A stretch of 36,611 nt of DNA, from the NCBI GenBank assembly GCA_049600855.1, contig JBMYQA010000024.1:1-36611 (forward strand), given 5' to 3'. This DNA is from Flammeovirgaceae bacterium. Its GTDB lineage: Bacteria; Bacteroidota; Bacteroidia; Cytophagales; Flammeovirgaceae. Position 1 is the first letter of the stretch; every line of letters begins with the position of its first letter. Positions 16,357-26,400 of the stretch are shown here, one piece after another. The notes beneath the pieces are model-generated. The model was not told the DNA's origin. It saw only the letters and a program-made list of their open reading frames with translations, and ran no database searches. The position numbers were made by a program, and so were the translations under genes.

Positions 16357-19300
16357 TTACTCCTTAATCTCCAAGGTTTCAAAATCACTAAATCCTCGAA
16401 TTTCAGGATAGTACATGAGCTGTGAAACGGCTGGGGTAATGTTAAATTTACCAGGAATTTGTGCTTTCAGGATGTATGAATATTCATAATCTCCTTTGTA
16501 CAGCTTCGTAATGGTCATGGCAAATTTCTCATCGCGGAACTCTTGGTGTGTATACCAACGGCTCCAACGACTGTAGTAATTTCTACGTCCATAATAATTA
16601 TATTGACCCGTATAATTACTTTCCCCTTCCACAATATACCCTTTGGTATCTCGCACAAACTCACAACCTGCGGGAATTGGATCTTCAATTAAGATATGAT
16701 CCCGATCTACCGAAGAAGTGATCTTGGTTTTCACAAAAATATCATCTCCCGATTTAATCTCAGACTGCGCAATGGGTACCTTTTTGTAAGTCAATTTGCC
16801 GTGTTTGTCAAACTTGCGTTCCAACTTAAAGTATTCTCTTTTCACCTTAAATGGCTGTTCATTTTTCTTTACCGCTTTTACATCATCTTTTCCATCTAAG
16901 AAATAAGTAAGCTTCGCATTCACATAACTCGTCCCTTTTCCCTTTTGCACCAAACGAATCGTATTATCTCCATGATTCAGCAAATTCAGGCTCTTGTCCA
17001 TTTTTTCGTCTTTCGCAGCCATAAACGAAACGCCTTTAATTTGATAATTTTTGCCTTTGCTGCCTCGCACAAAAACGAGATTATCCAGCTTCGTACCATT
17101 TACATAAAGCTCAACAGCCATATCAGGGTTAAAATCTTTCTTAATCAATTCATTCATCCCGTAAATAGTCATGGCCGTTTGGCGGGTATTGTGCCACGAT
17201 TTGCCTTTACGCTTCATCAATAACCACTGCGCCGCTCCTGGCAATAACTCATGATCAGGATTAATCATCGCCAAAGCACGGACAGCATTTGCCGTAGTTT
17301 CCACTTGATCTTTCTGCCAACTGTAGTAGAACTTTTCTCCACCCCAAAAATACATTCCGCCTTCTTTCTGCACATGTTGCTCTAGCCACGCAGTCATCTC
17401 TTTCATCACCTGCTCATCTTTCACCAAATGGGCCGCTTGCAACCATAAAGCAGCTTCATAGCTATTTTTCACCTTGTCGGCTTTGTAGCTTTTTTTGTCC
17501 CACAATTTGGTTAACTCACATTGCATGGCTACCATCATTTGGTAAGCATAAAGGGTGCTTGATTTTTCTCCTACATTATCTGAGGTTAACCGCTTTGAAA
17601 GTTGATTTGATAACGCATGTACAGCACGCGAATACATGCTTTGATCTACGGTATATCCCGCTTTTTTAGCTAAGTGTAGGCCATTCGAAACATAAGCCGT
17701 ATAATAAGGGCTAGAGCTATCATTGCGCCACCATCCCCAACCGCCATCATTTTGTTGGAGTTGACCTAAACGTTCCAAGCCTTTGTTGACCATTTTTAAA
17801 AGTTCCTCCTCACTAATATTGCTTTGGTAGTTTCCCCCCAACTCTTTCAAGGTATTAGCGACCAATACATTGGGCAAAAAGCGGCTCATAGTCTGTTCTA
17901 CACACCCGTAAGGATAGCCAATCAAATCATCCATAGCGCTTAATAGTGCAGAAGTGATTGAAGGAGCAGCACTCAATTCCAAATTCACTGTATTCAAATC
18001 GGTACCTTTAGGAATGGTGATTGTCAGGGTATTCTTGGCATCATTTTGTAGATAAGAGGCCGATGCAGTAATCATCTCTAAGCCAAATGGTTTTACAGGC
18101 ACTTTTACTTCTTTGGCATCTGATTCTTCATCCGTTAACGCTTTTACGGTAAGTTTTGCATTTACCGCCCATGTGGCATCTACCTTCCAATCAATTCGCT
18201 CCTCTCCATTGGCTCCTACTTGAATCGTTTGGGTGGAACCAGCTACTTCTACGCCATCAGCGAGTAAGGATACTTTTACCGATTTTCCTTCACTCAAGTA
18301 ATTATGAATGTTGGTCGCAATCAATAACTCATCACCAACGGTCATAAAACGAGGCGTTTCCATCCGTACCAATAAGTTTTTCCGAACAATGGTTTTGGCT
18401 ATGGTTTGTCCTACTTTGGTATCTTGTGTAACTACACGCACAGTGGTTCGCCAAGTGGTCAGGTTATCGGGTAATTTGATGCGCACTTTAGCAAGTCCTA
18501 AACTATTCGTAGTGACCACAGGATTCCAATAAATGGCATCTTGAAAATCTCGCCGAATGGTCGCTTCTTTGTAATCTGTTGCTGGTTTATCAGCAGTAGA
18601 ACGCTCTTCAACATCTGCTTTATGTTTAGCCATAGCCCTTCCTTCTTTTCTCATCGCACTTGTTGCCACTACTTCTCGCACATGCTGGGTAGTTATCCCC
18701 TCAGCAGCAGCATCAAGACTAAACACCGCTTCTTCTGCCTCTTCTTCCACCTCATCAACAAGCGCAATTCCATTAGTCATCACATCATCCGATCCTCCAT
18801 TCCCTGTATTTGCATGCTTACTAGCTTCTTGCCAGTCTTTTAGCTGCTTACTCGTGAGGTTTGGATAAAAATCATGATCTTTCAAATCACGATCGATTTC
18901 TACATGTACTATTGTTGCTCTGTTTTTATACGTTAGCACATGCTTTAGAACCGCTTTACCTTTTGGACCAATAAACATTAAATCCACATAATCATTCTCA
19001 AAGCCACGCATCGAATAATAACCATACTCGTTGGTTTTAAAGGTTTTTCCTTTTGCTTTAATTTGAATATTCTTCAAGGGATTCCCTGTTTCCTTATCAA
19101 ATACAAAACCTCTAATCGTTCCTTCTTTCGTATATTCTCCATAAGCCAAGTGATACCAACTCTTCTGAGTCCAAATACTTCTTCGATCAATTTGCTCATC
19201 ATATCGCTTCAAACGTGCAAGCAATTCTTTCATCTTTAGCTTACGACTATATTTATAAGTTCCAAAATTGTTATGATACGTAGAACTGTAGCTGGTATAC

Positions 19301-21573
19301 TCTTGATTTTTGTAGAATACTTTGCGGATGTCTGGCGTTTTGTCAGGATACAACGAGTAAATACTTTCATCAGCAGTACTCAATACGACTTGGGCATTGG
19401 GTACTGGTTGGCCATCCTGATCGGTGACTTTAATGGTTGCCTCTGCCCAAGTGCGTGGTTTGTAATCCTTTTTATCGAAGGTAATGCTCACATTCATATA
19501 CTTGTGAGCAGGAATAAATGTAATTTTCTCTACACGCTGATACAATTTCCCTTGATATACGTAGTTCACCGCAATGTCAATCTTACCCGAAGCATCTGCA
19601 TCAAATGTCAACTCCAGCGTTTTCATGCCTCCTTGATCTGCACCCTTTTCGGGAAGTTGTTTTCCTTTCATATAATGCAATTGGCTATACGCTAAATTCT
19701 GACTGCTCGCAGTGACTAAGGCATCTACATTGTGCTTGGTGATGATCACCGCTTTCACCTTTTCGCCAGACTGATAGACCTTCTTATCCGTCATAATTTG
19801 GATACTTGCTGAATTATTGTGCCACCAATTATACGACCAATCACCTTCTTGAATCACATAGAGGTAAGAGGTAGTCGTTACTTTCCGATCTCGTTTATCT
19901 TTCCCTTCAAATTCAATATGGTAATAACCCGCTTGCTTAGGTTGGAAAGTTAATTCAGCTTCTCCAGTTTCCTGTTGAGTGTTTACGGTATAAGTGCCTA
20001 CTTTATCTTTCGTCCACTTATGGTTTTCCCAAAATTGACGATATACGGTTGCCGTTAAATTGGTACCTATAGGTTGACCAGAAAGATCGGCTGTAGAGAC
20101 TAATACGCTCGCTTCTTCATCCAAATCGTAATAATACTTCTCACTATATGCGGTAATAGAATACTCGGTATACGCCACCATTGTTGTGGAAGAGCCTGTA
20201 ATGGTTCGCCTACTCGCATCTCGAACGTCTGCCATTACCGTATAGCGATAGTTGCGACGGTTATCCTTATTCGATTCTTCCGTAGGAATTTCCACACTAA
20301 ATGTACCATCTTCATTCAATTGCCCCGTACCATACTTCACCACTTCTCGATTAGTCGTGTAATGTCCATAATACTCTTCATACCACCACGAATAAGCCCA
20401 ACTTCTCCAATACGGCACATAATATTGTTCACGTATTACTCGATACGTTACAGTGGCATTTTTTACTGGAGACCCAAAGAAATAATTTGCCGTAACTTCT
20501 GCCTTAATTTGATCGCCTAAAACGTATTGATTTTTATCGAGCGATACGGTGACTTCGTATTCTGGTTTCTTGTACTCTTCTACCAAAAAGGTGTATTGGT
20601 TTTGCCAATCGTAGCTTCCTTTGCCCATGACTCGCGTCCGAATGGTATAGGAGCCGAGTTTCATCTCTTTGGTAAGCTTCAAACTATCTGAAAAGGTGCC
20701 CATACCATCTAAGGCCACATTTTTAACCACAATTTGTGTCCCTTGAGGGCCAGTAATCTGATAAGTAATGGAATCTGCTGGAATCTTATATCGAAACTTG
20801 TCTTTGATTCTTAAGATTCCTTTAATTTTTACGGTTTGTTCGGGTCGATAAGCGGAGCGATCTGTAAACAGGTAGGAGGTTAAGCCATTTTGTCCTGAAT
20901 AACGGTAATAGTTATAAAAGTAAGCCTTAGATACGGCAATTTTATTTCCTTTTATGCCAAGCACTGTAGGATAAATGTAATTTCCCTTTCCTTTCCATTT
21001 GAATGCGGCCAAACCATTATCATAATTTGTAGCTTCTAACACCGTTTTAGCTAGCAAGGCTTTTGCTTTAAAATCCTTTACAGCAATACCTGTTTGCGTA
21101 TTTGCCATGTAACAAACCATTTCATCTATACTAGATTTGGTTATTAGACTGTAGTTCGAAACGAATATGGGAATTTGGGCAACTTCTCCTTGCTCATAGG
21201 CATCTAAAATGTATAAACCCGACTTGAGTTTACCAAGATCTACTACATTAGAATAGGTGTTATGGGTAAATTCATACTCCCAACTTTTCACCTCTTCAAA
21301 AGTATTTATGACAGAATCGGGGAAGAGATTGTAATAGCCTTGAAACGCTGGATGTGAGATGATGCTTTCCACATCTTTAACTTTAAATAAGCGCATGGTG
21401 AGTTTACGCTGCTTATTTTTACCTTCTTGATAATAATAATAATTTGAGCAATTGATCTTTACCACTTCATCTTCTGAAAATACCCGTTGGGCAGATAGAT
21501 AAAAGCGATTTGCAGAGGCAGCATTTACCATGCCTAGCAATATGACGAGTATTAAAAGGGTTTTCTGTTTCAT
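16357..21573 (-). CDS. Bacterial alpha-2-macroglobulin family protein (thioester-containing, secreted)
   Basis: 1738 aa; signal peptide MKQKTLLILVILLGMVNAASA; thioester motif GYPYGCVEQTMSRF (CxEQ) at the expected position; size and repeated beta-rich MG-like regions fit bacterial A2M. Confidence 0.88.
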   Translation of the reverse strand: MKQKTLLILVILLGMVNAASANRFYLSAQRVFSEDEVVKINCSNYYYYQEGKNKQRKLTMRLFKVKDVESIISHPAFQGYYNLFPDSVINTFEEVKSWEYEFTHNTYSNVVDLGKLKSGLYILDAYEQGEVAQIPIFVSNYSLITKSSIDEMVCYMANTQTGIAVKDFKAKALLAKTVLEATNYDNGLAAFKWKGKGNYIYPTVLGIKGNKIAVSKAYFYNYYRYSGQNGLTSYLFTDRSAYRPEQTVKIKGILRIKDKFRYKIPADSITYQITGPQGTQIVVKNVALDGMGTFSDSLKLTKEMKLGSYTIRTRVMGKGSYDWQNQYTFLVEEYKKPEYEVTVSLDKNQYVLGDQIKAEVTANYFFGSPVKNATVTYRVIREQYYVPYWRSWAYSWWYEEYYGHYTTNREVVKYGTGQLNEDGTFSVEIPTEESNKDNRRNYRYTVMADVRDASRRTITGSSTTMVAYTEYSITAYSEKYYYDLDEEASVLVSTADLSGQPIGTNLTATVYRQFWENHKWTKDKVGTYTVNTQQETGEAELTFQPKQAGYYHIEFEGKDKRDRKVTTTSYLYVIQEGDWSYNWWHNNSASIQIMTDKKVYQSGEKVKAVIITKHNVDALVTASSQNLAYSQLHYMKGKQLPEKGADQGGMKTLELTFDADASGKIDIAVNYVYQGKLYQRVEKITFIPAHKYMNVSITFDKKDYKPRTWAEATIKVTDQDGQPVPNAQVVLSTADESIYSLYPDKTPDIRKVFYKNQEYTSYSSTYHNNFGTYKYSRKLKMKELLARLKRYDEQIDRRSIWTQKSWYHLAYGEYTKEGTIRGFVFDKETGNPLKNIQIKAKGKTFKTNEYGYYSMRGFENDYVDLMFIGPKGKAVLKHVLTYKNRATIVHVEIDRDLKDHDFYPNLTSKQLKDWQEASKHANTGNGGSDDVMTNGIALVDEVEEEAEEAVFSLDAAAEGITTQHVREVVATSAMRKEGRAMAKHKADVEERSTADKPATDYKEATIRRDFQDAIYWNPVVTTNSLGLAKVRIKLPDNLTTWRTTVRVVTQDTKVGQTIAKTIVRKNLLVRMETPRFMTVGDELLIATNIHNYLSEGKSVKVSLLADGVEVAGSTQTIQVGANGEERIDWKVDATWAVNAKLTVKALTDEESDAKEVKVPVKPFGLEMITASASYLQNDAKNTLTITIPKGTDLNTVNLELSAAPSITSALLSAMDDLIGYPYGCVEQTMSRFLPNVLVANTLKELGGNYQSNISEEELLKMVNKGLERLGQLQQNDGGWGWWRNDSSSPYYTAYVSNGLHLAKKAGYTVDQSMYSRAVHALSNQLSKRLTSDNVGEKSSTLYAYQMMVAMQCELTKLWDKKSYKADKVKNSYEAALWLQAAHLVKDEQVMKEMTAWLEQHVQKEGGMYFWGGEKFYYSWQKDQVETTANAVRALAMINPDHELLPGAAQWLLMKRKGKSWHNTRQTAMTIYGMNELIKKDFNPDMAVELYVNGTKLDNLVFVRGSKGKNYQIKGVSFMAAKDEKMDKSLNLLNHGDNTIRLVQKGKGTSYVNAKLTYFLDGKDDVKAVKKNEQPFKVKREYFKLERKFDKHGKLTYKKVPIAQSEIKSGDDIFVKTKITSSVDRDHILIEDPIPAGCEFVRDTKGYIVEGESNYTGQYNYYGRRNYYSRWSRWYTHQEFRDEKFAMTITKLYKGDYEYSYILKAQIPGKFNITPAVSQLMYYPEIRGFSDFETLEIKE

Positions 21574-21821
21574 AAGTTCAGTTTAAAATATGTCCGAAAG
21601 GGGTCGTGCCTGTAAATTATAGAATTTGTCTGAAAGATGCAGTTTTCAAAGTATTTCCATATATTGGTAAAATTTTTTTTGAATCTTTTTCGAACTCATT
21701 AAGATTGAGTGTGCAAGTGATTGAAACTGTTCATTTGTCATCAGTTGTAAGTGCTTGTCTTTCAGCTGGTCGAGCCAATCATCTTTCAATTAAGTTCTTT
21801 TCAAATAATGTAATAAAAATC

Positions 21822-21829
21822 TACATTTG
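21822..21829 (+). promoter_or_regulatory. Candidate Bacteroidota -7 promoter box (TACATTTG) upstream of the peroxidase gene
   Basis: Exact match to the TAnnTTTG consensus, 129 nt upstream of the 21958 start; no clear -33 TTG element. Confidence 0.25.
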
Positions 21830-21957
21830 TAAAAAAAGATGGCTCTGAAAATCCATGAATTCTGAGTGAATTGAACGGAAAAATTAAAATCACTTCAACA
21901 ATTGGCAAATCATTTGCTCAACAAAAAGTGCTTAAAGTTCGTAAAAAGCCTCAATAA

Positions 21958-23331
21958 GTGTTCTACCAAACAAACTGTTTTTTTATGTTCAAAAAATTCA
22001 AGCTATTGCCAATACTAGCTGCGGTGTTACTATTGGCAGGATGTAATGACGATGATGAAATTGCGTCATTAGACAACCAATTACAAACCTTACTTGCCAC
22101 TGCTGGAGGAACTCAGGGACAAGACTATTTCAAACTCCCTTCGAGTACTGATTTCAGTAGTATCCCTCAAGACCCTAGAAATCCCATCACTACTGCAAAA
22201 GTAGAATTAGGGGAAGCCTTATTTCACGAAACGGCCTTAGCCATTGTCCCTAAAATTGCTTCTGGTAAAGACACCTATTCTTGTGCGAGTTGCCATCATG
22301 CAGCGGCAGGATTTCAAGCGGGTGTTCAACAAGGCATTGGCGAAGGAGGATCAGGTTTTGGCTCAAATGGTTCTGGTCGCCTTCCAAATAGCGGCTATGA
22401 TCTAACTGATTTAGATGTTCAACCAATTCGTACGCCAACCGCGATGAATGGAGCCTTTCAACACCTGATGCTTTGGAATGGGCAATTTGGAGGGACAGGA
22501 GACAATATTGGCACAGAAGCCAACTGGACAGCAGGTACTCCTAAAGAAACAAACCACTTAGGCTTTGAAGGTTTAGAAACACAAGCCATTGCTGGCATGA
22601 AAGTTCACCGCCTGGATATAGACACAAACAGACTTTTCCCCTATGGCTACAAAGCACTTTTTGATGCTGCATTCCCCGATGTTGCAGAGGCAGATCGCTA
22701 TAATAGAGAAACTGCAGGTTTGGCAATGGCTGCTTACGAACGTACCATTATGTCTAATCAGGCACCTTTCCAAGAATGGCTTAATGGAGATATGACCGCT
22801 ATGACTGATGCTGAAAAAGAAGGAGCCATCTTGTTTTTTGGCAAAGCCAATTGTGTGTCTTGTCACACTGGTCCAGCATTAAACAGCATGAAATTCTATG
22901 CAATTGGTATGAATGACTTGGATGGTCCTGGTGTTTATGGTGTAGGCGATACTGAAGTGGCTGATGCAGGAAAAGGTCGTGGTAGCTTTACAGGCAAAGA
23001 AGAAGACATGTTTAAGTTTAAAGTACCTCAGCTATACAACTTGCCGAACTCACCATTTTACGGTCATGGCGGTAACTTTACAAGCATCAAGGATGTACTT
23101 GACTATAAAAATGCTGCGGTTCCTCAAAACTCAACAGTACCTACTAGTCAGTTAGCTACGGAGTTTACTCCATTGAACTTGACTGATGCAGAAATTGCCT
23201 CATTAACACTTTTCTTAGAAAAAAGCTTGGTAGATGCTAATTTAAGTCGTTACGAGCCGACCGCACTTCCTTCAGGATATTGTTTCCCCAATGCAGATCA
23301 ACAATCTAAAACCGATTTAGGTTGTAATTAA
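21958..23331 (+). CDS. Di-heme cytochrome c peroxidase (CCP/MauG family) lipoprotein
   Basis: Two CxxCH heme-binding motifs (CASCHH, CVSCHT) about 190 aa apart; lipobox LLLAGC after the signal peptide; an alternative start at M10 (nt 21985) is likely. Confidence 0.85.
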   Translation: MFYQTNCFFMFKKFKLLPILAAVLLLAGCNDDDEIASLDNQLQTLLATAGGTQGQDYFKLPSSTDFSSIPQDPRNPITTAKVELGEALFHETALAIVPKIASGKDTYSCASCHHAAAGFQAGVQQGIGEGGSGFGSNGSGRLPNSGYDLTDLDVQPIRTPTAMNGAFQHLMLWNGQFGGTGDNIGTEANWTAGTPKETNHLGFEGLETQAIAGMKVHRLDIDTNRLFPYGYKALFDAAFPDVAEADRYNRETAGLAMAAYERTIMSNQAPFQEWLNGDMTAMTDAEKEGAILFFGKANCVSCHTGPALNSMKFYAIGMNDLDGPGVYGVGDTEVADAGKGRGSFTGKEEDMFKFKVPQLYNLPNSPFYGHGGNFTSIKDVLDYKNAAVPQNSTVPTSQLATEFTPLNLTDAEIASLTLFLEKSLVDANLSRYEPTALPSGYCFPNADQQSKTDLGCN

Positions 23332-23342
23332 CTGTTCTTAAT

Positions 23343-23389
23343 TATGGGCAGTAGAGGCATAAGGTTTTACGCCTCTACTACTGCCCATA
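23343..23389. terminator. Bidirectional terminator hairpin between convergent peroxidase and BNR-protein genes
   Basis: Long imperfect stem tatgggcagtagaggc / gcctctactactgcccata (about 16 bp with a 3-nt bulge), loop ataaggttttac, between stop codons at 23331 and 23456. Confidence 0.55.
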
Positions 23390-23455
23390 AAATTTAGCTA
23401 ATACCAGAAGACATTATATTAACCTATATACCGCTTCTAGTTTTAACTCCACGCT

Positions 23456-26400
23456 TTATTGACCTACATATATTTTCTTCGCACTTAAACCTTTATTGTT
23501 CTTCACTTGAATAATGTATATGCCCTTTCTGGGTAAGGTAAATGTGTGTTGAATGTAGCTATTTCGAAACTGCATCAGTGTTTTCCCAGAGCTATCCAGC
23601 ACGCGCACTTCAGAAATCGCACTTGGGCCATCGGCAAACTGCAAGTGTACCTGTTGACCAGCAGCAAAGATACTTACTCCTCTATCCGCCAATTCATCTT
23701 CCAAACTAGTTACGCCTTCTACACGGAAATGTACCACGAAACGATTGGCGACTTCCTCTCCCTTGGTCAAGGTAATAAATGGCCCCGCTGAGTTTTGTAA
23801 ATCTGTAAGCAAACCCGTCACTCGATCTTCTAAATAGATTTCTGTATTTACAGGGAAGTTCGTTAACTCACCCACTTTAATTTGATGCGTTCCTGTACGT
23901 GCCGCTAATATGTTTAAGGGAATGCTCACCAAGTCATTTCCCAAAGGAGCACGACAATCCATCATCAAGTGATGATCACCATCTGCTTGATAGCTCATGA
24001 TTAAGGGATAATCACTCGAACTATTGAAGAACTTGCGAGCATCATATACATCCCAAGTATCTACCGCTCCATCAATAAAATAAAGCACTAGTTCATCCGT
24101 TCGATTATCTTCATCGGCTAGCTGAAGCCTCAATAAGCCTTCTTTTTCGGGACTATCTCGCTGTGTTCTTAAAAAGCTAACACCACTATTTGAAGTTAAA
24201 CGATGTGTATTTTTCAGGTTAAGGGTATGATTTCCTGTAGCCATTACAAAGAATCCTTGCATGGCTGCAATGTCTTTAGCACCTCCATTCACCCCCACAT
24301 CACTGGCTGCATTATACCCTCTATTCACTCCTGTATATTCAGCCGTGGCATCAAATAGGTACACCGTGGCATCCACATCTGTTGTATTGTCTGCATCGTC
24401 ATAAATTGCATTCCAATCTAATGGAGATGGATATGGATTACCAATTAAATTCCAACCCGAGTTGGTTTGTCCACCATTTGTTATGCTGACAGCTACATTT
24501 CCTGTATTTAATGTACCATTTCCAATATCCACCACACCATCTGAGCTTACGCGAATAGCAAAACCCTGCCCTGCATTCATGCTCATCGAAGTAGCACTCG
24601 GTGTTTCCCAACCATATTCGGCCTGATCTTTCAATTCTCCAGTAAATGTTCCACTACTCACGGTACCCGATTGCACTAAGGATTCATCGTAATAATACAC
24701 ATTGGGGAAAGGTGTGATTAAATTGTATTCTCCACCATTTGAGGGGCTAAATGTCACGCCAATTCCCTCAAAAGATAAACCGACATCGCCTGAGAACTCG
24801 TTCACGGTTGCCCCAGTAACGGGAGCAGCGAAATAGCGATAACCATTTGTTGTGCCTGCATCAATGTAGCGTTCCATCGTGACATTACCTGTTACGGAAC
24901 CACTCGTATTGACCACAATCGCAGTTTCAGCAGCACTCGATTTCAGCGTGAGGTTGCCACCAGAAGCCAAATTACCATTAGTTAACGTTAACGCACCACT
25001 TATCGAGGAAGCCGCATCAAGCGCTGCTCCTGCGGCATTGTTTATGGTTAAGTTATAAAAACTGCCCGAAATAGTTTGCAGAGCGACACCCTCTAAGGTC
25101 ACTGTTGAACCCGTTTCGGCAGTAAGGTTACTTCCACCAAATAAATCACCCGAAAGGCTCACCGTGCCAGCAGCATTGATGGTTAAGATCGCCTCTAAGC
25201 ACAATACCTCACACGTAATATCGCCATACGTGTCTGTATCGTAAGCAGACGCTATTTTCGCATTTACCGAAGCTGTAGGTGCTCCATTACTCCAAGTGCC
25301 ACCACTAAAAGTCGTGCCTACGATAATGAAATCATCTGAGCTATTTGCAGTACCTCCTGGAGTTGTTACTGAAACCGTACCTGAAGTGGCTCCTGTTGGA
25401 ATAGTTACTGTAATAGAAGTCGCACTTGTTACGGTAAAAATTGGGGCATCTGTACCATTAAAGCTCACACTACTCACTCCACTAAAATCGGTACCTGTAA
25501 TGGTCAAGTCCTCTCCTGCTTCTCCACATGGACTAGAGAACCCTGTAATGGTTGGCGTAACCAATAAACTACTCACTTGTCCTCTAAACGCTCCACGCCC
25601 ATGCGTGCCAACCATCACCATGCCATCAACATTTCTGATGGCGAGAGATTGCACAATCGTATTGCCAATTTCGCTTGTTCCTAACTGCGTCCATGCTGTT
25701 GAACTCCCGTTCAATGTTGATGTTCCATACAAGCCTGTACTTGTTCCCACGAGATAGCATGTGGTGCTATTGTAGGTATGAATAGCAGCAGAACGAATGG
25801 ATGGACCAGGATCAGAACCATTTCCGATTAAATCGCCTTCTATTTCAGACCACGTTGTGCCTCCATCACTGGTATAGAACACCCCAACGACATTGTAATT
25901 ACTAATCACCACAATCACTTCATCCGCATCTTCGGGATTTACAGCAATGTCATGAATCCAGCCTCCTGCAGGCCAGTTTGTGGTAGCTGGTGTAATGTCT
26001 GTTGGCACGGTACTTACGGCAGCTGTATGCGCATTTGTGATTTTATAAACTTTGGGCGATGCCGTTGCAGCTGAGCCTTGGAATTGTGAAGCACCAAAAT
26101 ACAACACATCAGCAGGGGATGTTGATACCTCGATCGCAGAGATACTTGAGGCGTTGGAAATTGCAGCAGATACAGTCGTCTCTACCGCGGTCATTTCTTC
26201 CCAACCATCGCCAGTACCATAAATCGTTTGATCTCCAACACTAGTACTGGCAATGGAAGTATGCCTCCACAATTCTGCATTAAATGTACCGCTAGAAAGA
26301 TTGGCAGTATGTGAAGGGAAATAAACGTATTCCTCATTATTCGGATCAACAACATAGGCTTGAATGAACTGATAACGACCTGTATTACTTCGAGGACGAA

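Noticed and set aside
16696-20520. Multiple 60-140-aa plus-strand ORFs inside the A2M gene
   Set aside because: They are antisense to a 1738-aa gene with a canonical thioester motif. Chance ORFs in AT-rich antisense sequence.
21606-21848. 80-aa ORF in the A2M/peroxidase divergent intergenic region
   Set aside because: It lies in a promoter-rich divergent spacer, has odd composition and no signal or motif. It overlaps the candidate -7 box of the peroxidase gene. Likely spurious.
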